Notes: generated from the sequence alone by a model not told the origin. A stretch of DNA of 64,000 nt from Octopus sinensis (GCF_006345805.1 NC_042997.1:33294001-33358000); one strand, 5' to 3'; positions 26,191 to 39,780 are shown, counted from the stretch's first letter. Translations and numbers: made by a program.

Positions 26191-28015
26191 AGGTGGTAGA
26201 TTTCACCCTTTGTCCGGTTTAACACCACTTCACTTCACTCTGGTTTCTTCTGTTGTAAGTGTCGAGAACCGGTTTCCTGTTTGAGGATATCTCCCTCACT
26301 TCCACCTATTAGACTCAGAGGTCTCAGAGGTATGAACATTGCCTTCCCTCCTCATCAAACGATAAAACAAATATGCATAACCGAAAGAAAAAACGCTCGA
26401 CGTTTTAAGCATAAAGTATACGTGGGATTGATGAGACAGAAGTTAATGTCTGGTGGTATATGATGATATGTCAGTTTAGGTGGATTTTTATTACTCAAGA
26501 TGTGTCAAGCAGGAAAGTGCGGTAGGCTGAAAACAGCTGAACAGGGATGATGTGAGAGACCTTAACTAAGTCAAGTCTGCGTCTGTTAAGAAAAGCCACG
26601 CCGCATAGCACGTCGAATCTGGTCTCTATGAGGGTTTTGTTGATTGGTCTGAGATTTTCGGCTATCAAGAAGCTATCCAGAGAAAGACCTCTTCCAATAA
26701 TGACAGTTAGCCCTCTGACCTCCGGTTGAGTGATATTGTTCAATGCTTCAATACAGGAAACATCTCTGTTAAAGAAACATGCATTTCCCTAATTCGTTGA
26801 AATACGGAGTAGCTTTATCGACAATGTACCATGTTACTGCAGTACATTCAGATCATTAGGTCTTTAGTTCCGAAATTCGGCCTTCATTTTAGTCACCGAA
26901 ATGAGGGGTTATTTAGTTGGCTTGCAATGTACGTTTAAACAGGTTTCACAAAATATATTTAGTTGCAGTTAACAGCAGTGGGAACAACAGAGAAATAGAA
27001 AAACTGTCAGTTAAATATAATATTTTAAAATTAATAAATAATGTTGGTGTCTAGAGTATTTCATTTAGCTAGATTAATTTCTTTCTGAATTTTTTAACCG
27101 AATGCAACGAGTTACCGTTAATTGTGGCCACCAAAAGTAACAAAAACTGTTCTACGCTGACTTTGTTTTCATTGTCTGCATAAAAGACGCTGAATATATG
27201 ACAACAATTTTTGCTATTGAATCTATGTTGCAGAAGGGTGTCACTGGGAACGGGGGTTGTACATCGTTTCAGTTTTATTTCCAAAGAAACTACTCTACCT
27301 TTAATCAATATGTTTGATCTCTTCTCTATTTCGACAAAGGGAATAAATTTCAACATTTATATATTCTTATTTCAAAGAAATTTCTGATATAGTTGAATGA
27401 TACCAATTTAAGATCTTATATTAGCAAGCTGATATTGCCCGCAGGATTTTCTCTTAGATCTTAAGAGCTGTGCATTCAACGGTTCCAGGTGTCTGCACTG
27501 TCTTGGGTATTTTTGCACTTGCTATAGCCAAGAGAATTAAAATACCAAAAATAATAATCAATGGGAAAAGGAACAGAATAGATTATGGGATTGTCTCAAA
27601 AACGCATGAATTCTATTTTCACGAAAGATACTGTGAACAATATATAATTTTCAGAATGTGGAAAATGAAGTAAAAGCATAACCTTAAAATTAGAGTTGGC
27701 ATTCAATTAGGAAAGCTCAAGACTAGGAATCAATCTTCATTCGCCATTCAACAAAATCATGCGCACTATACAAACTCCTCACGCTATAATTTTCCATCTC
27801 AGTTGAATCTCATTTGTTAACAGAGAATGTCTGCAATATCTTCAAATTGTACCCACTCCAATGTCTGACAAATACTTGCAACCCAGATACAGTTGCACTA
27901 GCAAAAATATTTGTATTGGAACCAATGGTCTTTAAATTCATCTCTCTCTCTCTCTTCTCCTCTCCTCTCTCTCACTCTCCTCTCTCCCTCTCTCTCTCCT
28001 CTCTCTCTCTCCTCG

Positions 28016-28057
<42 letters not shown>

Positions 28058-28676
28058 ATATATAATATGATATTAAAGTGAGGTACTCAGTAGATCGGAT
28101 GGTTTATTTTACAGATATTTATTTATATATTACATTTTTTTATATATATATCATATCACTTAGATCATTAGCGCTTCTCCCATTCTAGTGGGGTTTTCAA
28201 ATCAAACTAAGTTCAAATCAAACTATATAATATATATATTTAGATATTTGTATATTAACAGAGCAAAATTACACAGTAGAGAAATACAGTAAATTAAAGG
28301 GAAACAGGTATAGTTTTACAGATTCGACAACTGTTTCTGGGGACTCACCAATGTTTATTTGCTTCCATTACCGGTTGCATAATTTTGTGAGCTACATCTG
28401 CCAATATCATGAAGTAACTCCGAGACACCAGAAACAGCCGTCGGGCCTATAACACCATACCTTATCCCCTTTGATATTCTGTGTCGTTATTGATATATAA
28501 ATATTTATATATTTATACTCATACCTGAATATTCATCATCCAAAAATTTTCAGTCTTTGCCTTCTCTCTATTTACAAGTATACACGTATGTATATTTTGT
28601 TTATTTGCATCATTATCTGCATACCAACTTGCCCGAATTTCTCTTATAGCCACTTTTTTACTCCGCGGACTGCCTT

Positions 28677-28714
<38 letters not shown>

Positions 28715-28730
28715 TATATATACACGCACA

Positions 28731-29280
28731 CGAGGTCTGACCAATAAGTATCCAGACTGTTGTCATTGTAACGAAGGTAAAGCACGCAGTGTAAAGCTGC
28801 TTGGTACAGACTGACCTTGAACTCTGCTGTCCATGCGCACTAAGTTTTAACGTTCTAGCTTACTTCTACTTGGAAGGAAGGTGTGTAGCGTGTGATAGTC
28901 GCATTGACCATGACAGAGAAAGTTGTCATGGTGACACCTGCTCAGAGATCTACGCAAAGTTGCAGAAAGTGTATAGAGAGAAGTGTAGGAGTCGCATACA
29001 AGTGTACGAGTGGTTCAGACGTTTCCAAGAGGGCCAAAAAATGTCGATATTGACGAACTTTCTGGGAGACCTGTAACCAGCAGAACTGAGAAAAACATAA
29101 CAGATATGCGTGTAGGTGAGAGAGAAAATCATCGAATCACTATCCGTGCATTATCAGAGGATGTGCAGATTATTTGCGGTTCAGTTCAATCCATTATCAC
29201 TGAAGATTTGAGTATGAGACGTGTGTCAGTCAAGTTCGTACCATAACTACTCCCAGCTGAACAAAAAGCACGAGTCGCTT
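28731..29280 (+). mobile_element. Mariner 5' half (different family), frameshifted and truncated
   Basis: TIR-like start cgaggtctgaccaataagtatcc. Protein QVYEWFRRFQEG, DELSGRPVTSRT, SMRRVSVKFVP. Confidence 0.85.
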
Positions 29281-29281
29281 T

Positions 29282-29378
29282 CAACTGGCCGACAGGTCTA
29301 GAATGGATCACCCGGATGCTCCTACGTGGACATGGACCAACAGCATCGGGTCATCCAGATCCTACTTAGATAGAGTAA
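29282..29378 (+). pseudogene. Short L1/Tx1-like endonuclease fragment
   Basis: MDHPDAPTWTWTNSIGSSRSYLDRV, homologous to ~60990-61075. Confidence 0.6.
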
Positions 29379-29761
29379 AAAAAAAAAGACCAAAGATATA
29401 GAAGGGGAGAAAGGAGGGAACTACGTAAATTGCGTAGGTTACAGGCACACCTGAAAGGATTGGGGAAGAGGGGAGGGTAGTAGAATGGGATTAGATGGGA
29501 CGTATATAAAAAAAAACATAATATGAGAGCTTGATCAACAATCTCTCATGTTTTGTTTTTTTTATATATTCTCAGAGTAAAACTCGAGCCTTCGATTCAT
29601 GACCAAGGATACGATAACAATATGTAAACGAGAGTACATATGGAGTTCTAAATACTTGTAATGTTATACAATTTAAGGTTTAAATTTCACTATACGAATG
29701 TTTGATATATATATATATTATATATACAAATACATATATATATATACATATATAAAACTTA

Positions 29762-31495
29762 GATATGTTTCGACCAGAGATTGGTCCAGGCCATGTCTAA
29801 CTTAATAGCACCACCTGATAGGATTATTCGAATCCTGTTTAAGTCAAGTTTTGTTCAAGTAGTGAGTTCTTGTTGGATGAGTTGTATCCAGTTTTGTTCA
29901 AGTAGTGAGTTCTTGTTGGGTGAGTTGTATCCAATTATGGGTGGCTTATCTGGTATTCTTTGAAGGAATCTATCCAGACTCTGTTTGAAGTTGATGGGAT
30001 CCTTTTCTCTTTGATCTCCCTCGGGACAATGTTAAATAGGGCAGGGCCTGTTGAGGAAAAGAAATTATGTTGCAGTGTACATGTATGTTGTGATCTTGAA
30101 TTTGGCAGGGGACGTATAGCCCGTGGTCCAAGTCTCGGATGAACCTTGAAGCTAATGTTTAGGTCGTTTGGGCAAAGTTGGCGGTATATTTTCCACATCG
30201 TACAAATGATGTACCGCTCACGGCGACGCTGGATGGAGTAAAGTTTCAAGGCTTTAAGGCGATCCCAATGATCGAGAGCAGCCATGCCTTCAATTTGTTT
30301 AGTGAGAGCCCTCTGGGGTGACTCAATTCTGGAGATGTTTTGTCTTGTGTGAGGAGACCACAGTGGACAGCAGTATTCAAGGTGTGCCGTACAAAGGATG
30401 AAAAAAGTGGTATGATGACACCTTGTTCTCTGGACCGGAAAGTTCTTAAGATCCAGGAACTCATCCTACGAGCTGTATCGACCTTCTTGTGATGTGTGCA
30501 CTCCAACTGAGATCGTCATCAACAATTACACCCAGGTCTCTGATATTGTTAGAGGCTGTGAGCGGTCCCCTGAAGGAAGAGAGTATGGTTGTTTTAGTGA
30601 GGAATTTCTTCCAAAATGCATCAGCTCAAATTTTCCCTCATTCAGTTGCATTTTGTTTCTGTCTGCCCATTGACTCACAGCATGTAGGTCAGACTGGAGT
30701 TGAGTCGGTCTGCTTCTTCATTGACGATTTGCTGGAGCTTAGTGTCATCAGCAAATTTTCACTTTGCAGTGATGTACGACACTGGAAAGGTCGTTACATA
30801 AATTATGAAGAGTAGCGGACCCAAAACAGTTCCCGGGGAACACCGCTGGTGACTTTTGCTGGGTTTGAGTGGACTCCATCAACTACAACATGTTGTGTTC
30901 TATTCGCTAGGAAATACTGAATCCAGTGTAGAACTTTTCCACGGATTCCAACATTTGCCAATTTTGAGAGTAGGATGTTATGGTCTACCCTGTCGAACGC
31001 TTTACTGAAGTCAAGGTATATGACGTCAGAGTTCGAACTGTTCCCAAGGCTTTGAGTACATCTTCAATGTGTGTAAGAGCTGTGATAGACAGTCCCTGCC
31101 ACAGCGAAAGCCATGCTGATTTGAATTTAGGAGTTTGTGGGTCTCCAGGAAGTCAGCTATCCTTGATCTTAACACTCTTTCAACACTTTAATGATGTGGG
31201 AGGTGAGTGAGATTGGGCGATAGTGACTGCGAGGGATCTGTTTCCTGTTTGAAAACCGGGATGACCGATGGCTGGGATAGAAACTTTTTCGGTATTAACC
31301 TGCGTCTAACGAGTTCTCCAGAGGTTGGTCAGAGGGACTGCAAGTTGATATACTACATTCCTTCAGGAGACTGGCGGGAAATCTATCAGGGCCTACAGCA
31401 GAGTAATGTTTGACCTCATTTATGCTGCTGCTACGATGTCGGTGGCAGTGAAGGTATGTCTGCGATTTTGTGTTGGGAGTCAGCTTCGTTCGTTT
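29762..31495 (-). mobile_element. CR1-group LINE, 5'-truncated (~1.7 kb), dead
   Basis: SAVGPDRFPASLLKEC, LYSIQRRRERY and GPALFNIVP motifs. The 3' UTR has a 43-bp tandem duplication (29847-29933) and a conserved tail. Confidence 0.9.
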
Positions 31496-31824
31496 CCTCA
31501 CATATATACATATATATATATACACATATATATATACATATATATATACATATATATACATATATCTATAATATATATATATATACATATATATATACAT
31601 ATATATATATACATATATATATATACATATATATACATATATTATTATATATACATATATATAATATATATACTATATATTATATACATAATATATCAAT
31701 ATATTATATACATATATATATACATATATAGATATACATAATATATACATATATATATATACATATATATATATACATATATTAATATATATATATATAT
31801 ACATATATATACATATATATACAT

Positions 31825-34800
31825 AAGTCACCCCCACCTGGGGACGCCCGAGAGGAGGTTTTGAATGAGAAACCTGCCCGGGAAGTGAACCCAGGTGCAA
31901 GTTCTCCAACCGGCAGCAAGGGCCATGGAGACGGAGAACCGGTGAAGAGGTAGAGGGAGGAAGAAGAACTAAAAGAAGGACTGGAAGAGCTAAAGGAAAA
32001 GAAAAAGCTCAAGCAGGACCAAAGAGTGAAACAACCAGAAATAGAAATGGAACCGCAAAGGATGGAACCAAACAGCGCCACGGGGTGTGTATGTTCTACC
32101 TGAGAGGTTCCTGCTGGCATGGGGAAAGGAAGGTGCAGGCTGCCGCTTTGCACATCGGGGACCCTGCCACAGAGACACGAGGCAGATGGACAACCATCAA
32201 CACAAAGAAAGGGATGGACCACGCACCACCTGCCCCAAAGCGGAGGTACGCAGATGTTGTGCGCGCCAAAAACAGCCAACATGATGTCGAAAGAGCAGCT
32301 GCTGAGCAACAATCTTTTTTGTGCATGGCACAAAAGATTGTACAGCAGCTGACCTGGCTTCATCAAACCCAAGCCCGCAGGTGGGACTACCCACTATATA
32401 CCAGACCACCACAGCAAACAGACACAGGATGGACACCGCGGCAACAACGTACACCTCACCTCGATACTCTACTGAACATCAGAGGACTGCAAACACTCAG
32501 TAACAGGACAAAGATCCCGTTCCTGAGAGACTTTGTTGCATGCAATCAAGCCTTATGCATAGCACTTACAGAAACGCACCTGAAACCGGACATAGCAGAT
32601 GCGGAGCTACACATACCACAGTATGCTGTACTACGGACCGACAGGAAAGAAAGGAGTCATGGAGGTGTTGCTATGTACATCCGTGAGGACCTCACACCCC
32701 AGGTCCTCTTGTCATACTCAAACTCGGTGTGTGACACACTAATTGTACATATCAGGCAACTTGATGTAGTTGTGTGTGCTACATATCGCCCTCCAGATGC
32801 CCCAAGCCATGTGGGCAAGTTTGAAGACTGCCTTATAAAAATAGAAGAAATTCTAACCACATTAGAACAACCACATAGGTGTGCTTCTTATGGGAGACTT
32901 CAATCTGCCCAATGTCAGATGGCCCGAGGGCCTTTCTCTCCCAGGAATGACAAGATGTGAACGTGGACAGGCGAGGTCCCTCCTGAACCTCATCAACACC
33001 TGTACATGGAGCAGGTAATACTCCAACCAACCAGGGCAGGAAACACACTGGATCTCTGCTTCACAAATGACATGGATCTCATCCATAATGTGAAAGTGAC
33101 ACCGACACTACTCTCGGATCACAACATGATAGAGCTGACCATGTACGGGCCAAAAGAGAGCACGGACATGCAGCCTACAAGAAACCTCAAAATCTTTCCA
33201 GCTTGAACTACCATAAGGCAAACTGGAAAAAAATTGAGAAAGAGATCCTCAAACAAAACTGGCCTAAATGTCTCTCTCGCCAGACATCGACGTGAAACTT
33301 CAACAATTCATGTCTGTAATGCAAGCCATATGCTACAAATGTGTCCCAGAGAGAAAGGCCACTGTACACAAGAACAAAATCCCCAGAGAGAGGAAAATTT
33401 TAATGAGACGGCGTACGAAATTTTCAAATCGCCTAAACAAACAGATTGAAAGCAGTGAAAAGTCCCGCCTAAAAATAAAACTGTTGGAAATCGAAAAATG
33501 TCTGCAACTCTCCCATGAAAAAGAAAGAGCAGACAGAGAAGCCTGGGCTATAGAAAACATAAAATCTAACCCCAGAGCTTTCTATAGGTATGCCAAAGAA
33601 ACAGCTACAGTGCACTGTAGAATAGGGCCACTCCTCGAAAAGGATGGCACACTTACAGGAAAACCAATGAGGGTAAGTGAAATACTGAATGAGCAATTCA
33701 AGAGTGTTCACTCCACCCCTTGGGCATCTCCAAATCACCAATCCAACTGACTTTTTTACCACTGCAGATATAAAATCAGAGGCGGCGACGATAGATTACA
33801 TCGATATAAAGGAAGAAGATGTAACCAAGCTATAGATGAAATGAAAACAGACTCAGCTACTGGCCCCGATGGATTCCCGGCAATCCTCCTAAAAGCATGT
33901 AAGAGAGTCCTAGCAAGACCACTGCAGTTCCTCTTTCAGAGCTTCCTTGCAGCTGGCAAACTCCAGGAAATGAAGGAAGGTAAAATATGCCCCATTCATA
34001 AAGGAGGTAGCAGAGCGGAAGCCAAGAACTATAGACCTATCTCTCTGACCTCACACATCAGCAAGGTCATGGAACGAATAGTCAGAAGGAAGCTGATCAC
34101 CTTCTTGAAGAGAATGACTTGCTGCCCGACACCCAACATGGTTTCCGACCAGGGAGAAGCTGTTTAACTCAGCTCCTACAACACTATGACTGGGTGCTGA
34201 AACGGCTGCTCAACCACTCAAATGTGGAAGTGATATATCTCGACTTTGCAAAGGCCTTTGATAAAGTCGATCATGGAATGATATGTCACAAACTGCGTGA
34301 TCTCAACATAGTTGGAAAACTGGGAGAATGGCTTCATGACTTTCTGAAGGATAGAAGTCAGGTGGTAGTAGCCAATGGGGCCACCTCCATTAACACACAA
34401 ATAGTGAGCGGGGTTTCCGCAGGGCACTGTTCTGGGACCACTACTGTTCATAATGGCCCTCTCAGACATGCCCTCAGCCACGCAGAGAGCCACGATCACA
34501 AGTTATGCAGATGATACAAAAGTTTCACAGGCAATACAGAACCCTGAGGACACTAAACACCTGCAATGTGAGCTGGACGAAATATACAAGTGGGCTGAAA
34601 AGAATAGCATGCAGTTCAATGCTGAAAGTTTCAAGCTTTATACTATCAGCATGCAAAACTGAATGCAATACCCAATGAATACACTGGACCCGGAGGGATT
34701 GCAATCCCAGAGGCACAATCAGTGCGTGACCTGGGTATTCACATGAGTGATGACGCGACCTTTCATGTACATGTTGCTAAACTGACACTGAATGTAGACG

Positions 34801-35502
34801 GCTGGCTGGATGGATTCTTAGAACCTTTAGAACAGAGAGAACAAGAAACCATGATGGTCCTCTGGAAGACACTTGTCCTAAGCCACTTTGACTATTGCTC
34901 TCAGCTATGGTCACCATCCAGTGTCAAGTTGATCACAGAACTTGAGGCGACCCAACGAAGCTACACAAAGAAGATAGCCTCTATGCAGAATGTAAGCTAC
35001 TGGGAAAGACTCAAGAGATTAAAATTATATTCCCTGGAGCGTAGGCGGGAAAGATATGCCATAATATACATCTGGAAGATCCTGGAGGGAAGTGTCCTGA
35101 ACTTTGGCATCGAGAGTTACGCAAATGCCAGACTGGGCGCCACTGCGTGGTGCCTAGGACTCCAAACCTGCCATCAAGATGTAGGACAAGATTCTGTGAT
35201 AGCCTGGGCTTCCGAGGCCCACAGCTCTTCAATATCCTCCCGAAGAACCTGAGAGACCTGCATGGGGTGGATACAGATGTCTTTAAAATGAAGCTGGATC
35301 TCTTCCTGTCAGGTGTCCCAGATGAACCAACTTCACGGCAGGAGGGGCAGATGAGGGCAGCTGCATCGAACTCTCTCATGCACCAAATAGCAGTTGCTAG
35401 AAAGCCTCCATGAAGTGAAACCAAGTAGCAACACCAAATGGCGGTGCCCCAGCATGGCCACAGCTCATAAGCTGAAACTAGAATCAATCAATCAATCAAT
35501 CA
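31825..35502 (+). mobile_element. CR1-group LINE (~3.7 kb): ORF1 3' part, ORF2 EN+RT with many frameshifts, 3' tail and (ATCA)n
   Basis: LLNIRGL...LTETHL...GGVAMYI (EN). ATGPDGFP, NYRPISLTS, QHGFRPGRSC, YLDFAKAFDKVDH, YADDTK and LYSLERRRERY (RT). ORF2 spans ~32460-35413. Confidence 0.95.
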
Positions 35503-35507
35503 TATAC

Positions 35508-35588
<81 letters not shown>

Positions 35589-35638
35589 CATATACATATA
35601 TATATATACATATATATATATACATATATATATATATA

Positions 35639-36435
35639 TTCGGTGTCTGACTGAAGATTGAAGGCTTCGAATGATTTGTCTGTGTTCCGTGTTCGTCCCT
35701 TCCTGTATTTCACGTTCATTATATAAAAACATTCATTCTTATATTATTGCGGCGTTACGTGCACCTCCCCGTTTGTTTGTCCAATTTTAAACCCTGCACG
35801 ACTTCTATACACACTGTCTTACTACCCGCCATTGCTTCTTCACCAAACTTTTTGGTGCCCTCCGATTCTTCCCCTCTCTTCCTCCCATCCTCCTTAATCC
35901 CTTCTTTCTCCTTCTCTCTGGTCACTGATTCTGTCCCCTGCCTTCCACCCTCTTTGATTCCCTCTCTCTCTTCTCTCTTTTCTCTCTCTCCTGCGACCTG
36001 CTGCTTCTTCAACCATTCTGTTGGCCTTCGTATCTCGACCAACATGTGTCCCCGCTACCGAAACGGTAATTATTTCTACGCCAGCTGCTATGTTTTGTTG
36101 TTTTGTCTCATTTGGTCTAAAGTCGTATGACAACACCGTTATATATATTTTGTTTTTTCATTACTGTTTTCAATTTCGTTTTCGTCTCTTGTATTCACAT
36201 CCGTCTTGTGCGTTCACATTCCTGTCTTCTACCAAGAAATCTAATGCTTACAGCTTAGTTTTTTTTCTTGGGGCTGGCCGAGTTGGAGCAAATATCAGAA
36301 TTGAACAGCCGAAATTTGCTATGATGATTCGGTGTCTGACTGAAGATTGAAGGCTTCGAATGATTTGTCTGTGTTCCGTGTTCGTCCCTTCCTGTATTTC
36401 ACGTTCATTATATATAAAAACATTCATTCTTATAT
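35639..36435. mobile_element. Non-coding element with ~106-bp direct terminal repeats (period 689 bp); possibly a PLE-type partial tandem
   Basis: 35639-35744 is repeated at 36328-36435. Flanked by (TA)n tracts on both sides. Confidence 0.6.
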
Positions 36436-36511
36436 ATATACATATATATATATACATATATATATATACATATATATATATACATATATATATATACATA
36501 TATATATACAC

Positions 36512-36566
<55 letters not shown>

Positions 36567-36579
36567 CATATATATATAC

Positions 36580-36614
<35 letters not shown>

Positions 36615-36630
36615 CATCTATATATATTAC

Positions 36631-36668
<38 letters not shown>

Positions 36669-36766
36669 TATACATATAATATATATACATATATATATAT
36701 ACATATATATAATATATATACATATATATATATACATAATATATATATAACCTATATATATATTAC

Positions 36767-36799
<33 letters not shown>

Positions 36800-36929
36800 C
36801 ATATATATATACATATATATATATACATATATATATATCACATTATATATTATATATAACATATATATATATACATATATATACATATATATATATATCA
36901 TATATATATATATATACATATATATATAC

Positions 36930-36964
<35 letters not shown>

Positions 36965-36996
36965 CATATATATATAACATATATATATACATATAT

Positions 36997-37044
<48 letters not shown>

Positions 37045-37160
37045 CATATATATATACATATATATATACATATATATATATATATACATATATATATACA
37101 TATATATATATACATATATATGTATATACATATATATGTATGTATGTATGTATGTATTCA
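36436..37160. repeat. ~700-bp interrupted (TA)n tract
   Basis: Direct inspection. Confidence 0.95.
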
Positions 37161-38284
37161 TGTGTGTGTGTGTGAAATATTATGCTATATCATATATTAC
37201 ATTCATATCTTATACATTACAAATGAAATCTAACTTCTTCAATTTCATACCTATGTAAATCTACTTAAATCAAAATCAAATAAGCATTTAATTTTTTTTT
37301 TAAATAACCCAATCGAAAGCTGCATCATTGTTGTATTCCACACTTCATAGAACGATATTCAAAGAAACCACTTAAATAGATACAGTAATACAAAACTTAG
37401 GAAATAATAACGAATATAAAATGGCATTTTTTCCGGTGCATAATTCTTTCCATATAATTTTGATTTAACAAATATTTTTCAGTCTTTTGCATCATCCAGT
37501 AAACCAGATTAATATCCAGCGAGTGAAGAAAGGAAAATCCTATTATTCGTTTTTCAAATACTTCATTGGTTTCTAATTCTCGCTTTAATATTATTTGTAG
37601 AATGCTTCAAACAAAGACTGAAATTATCCTTTTGATTTACTCAGGTTTTTTAAGCCTATTTCCTTGCGGTTATTCTAATTTATCACGAGTTAATTTCTAG
37701 AATATATTGTATTTTGTTTCTTGATATCCAAATGTGTTGGTTCAGAATAATCTCTGAACAAAAGAATTTAATCATTTTTATGTTGTTTGGAAATTTGCGT
37801 AATTACTTCGGAGCAGTATCGTTAAACCCGTACAAATATCTAGTTTCAGTTCAGATTTCTTAAGAGATGCAAAGTAAGAGAAAGAATGAAGAAATGTAAG
37901 ATATTGTGCAATATTTTACATCTCTTCCGATCATTCATCTTTGCTCTGCTTTTACATGCAAATTTTGTAATCGTTTGGACTTAAATCTCCCAGCCCTAAG
38001 AACTGCGACTTGGTCAGTTAGTGTGATGGAAATTTTGATGCTAAATGATAAACGTTTAAGTGATGTTAAGTATTTGAATGTCTAATATGTCTTCCACGAT
38101 GTGATTGTTTCACTTTCAACAAACGGTCTCAGATTAAATCACTTGACAGACAGGCACATCTCCGAAATGTAATAGGTCTCTGTGTTTAATGCAATTTTAC
38201 ACCTTTCTTTTACATATCTTATAATGAATGAATGAAAGGAGAGAGAGAGAGAGGGGGGAGAGAGAGAGAGAGAGAGAGAGAACA

Positions 38285-39780
38285 GATGTATTGTAGCTTT
38301 TACAAAAACACTTTTCAATATCATAAACCTCAATTGTGTGTTTGATGTAACAAACTTATAAACAAACATTCCATATGATTTGGAAATTACTGCCATAAAA
38401 TATTGGGTCGAGAAACATAGGGAATCGATCCCCAGTAGATTTACTGTAACCTTCATACTAGACGTGGTTAGCCTCATCCTCCAAAACAATACGTTCTTTT
38501 TCAACGGAAAAAAACTACCTTCAAATTCGAGACACAGCTATGGCGACGCGATTTGCTCCAGTTTTCGCGAACGCCGTATTGGGATACTTGGAACGAAACC
38601 TATATTTTAAAAAATGGAACAAAACTTATATAAAAAAAATGAGAACTACGGCCTAACCTTTAACAGATATATAGCGGACACATGGAAAATATACCGCAAT
38701 GATTTTTCTAATTTGGACCAAATCCTTAGAAAATCTGGAAGAATTCAGCACCCTCCTCAACAATCTACATCCTAATCTCAAATTCACAAGAGAAATCAGC
38801 AACATACAGTTACAATTTTTTGATATAACTGATATTTATAACAAAAGCACAGATACACACCAGTACCTAAATCTGAAATCCTGTCACTCGACACACACAA
38901 AACGCAACATCCCGTACTGTCTAGCTAGGAAAACTTGTACTCTAGGCGATGATCAAAATACCAGAAACACACGACATATGAAACTTAAAGGATATCTGCT
39001 CAAGCAAAATTACCCTCTCCTACTTATAGAAAATAGCATATAACGACCAAAAGAAATATCTATAGAAAAAGTTAGAGCAACACGAAAAAGACGAACCCCA
39101 AAGGAACACAATACCATTTCTAGTAAAACACAATCCGCATCACCAAAACCTTTTTAACATCATCAAAACAAATTTGCCAATCATAAAACAAAGGGGAAAA
39201 TTTTTAAACATAATAACTAATCAAGCACTTATTTTAAGTAAAAGGCAACCACGTAACCTAAAAAATTATTAACAAAGGCAAAATTCAACATGAACAAACA
39301 AAATTCAACATGAACAAAACATTCACAGTATCCAAGTGTAATGATAACAGATGTGGAACGTGTCAATACATACATATAGGTAGATCCGTTAGAACAAAAA
39401 ATGGACAGATTTTCGCAAATGCAGATATGAACTGCAAAACCAGATATTTGATCTACTGCATTAAATGCCTGAATTATAAGCAATTATATTATGTAGGCGA
39501 GACAGGGAATGCATTATCGAAACGCTCACCAGTCCACAGGCAACAAATCCGGGATACCAATGTTCGCCAGGGATACCAATGTTTGCCAAATTTCATTGAG
39601 CGAACATTTAGAGACATGTGATAAAAAAAAAATGTTTCTAATTTTTCCTTTCCACAAACTACATGAGACAGATAAATTTGGAAGAAAGATAAAAGTGAAA
39701 CGGTTAATTAAAATGTTCAAACTTGTTCTGAACGGAAATAACAGCAATAATATAACAACCAGTTAATGATGTGGATTAAA
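38285..39780 (+). mobile_element. Penelope-like element remnant (RT and GIY-YIG endonuclease)
   Basis: FDVTNL.TNIP, YLQIRDTAMATRFAPVFAN, KSTDTHQYLNLKSCH and CKTRYLIYCIKC...YVGETG motifs. Confidence 0.9.

Noticed and set aside
27769-27816. EF-hand-like QMRFN*DGKL*REEFV on the minus strand
   Set aside because: Several in-frame stops and no exon context. Another frame looks equally protein-like, so chance cannot be excluded.
31782-32372. 196-aa minus-strand ORF
   Set aside because: Antisense shadow of the CR1 ORF1 region.
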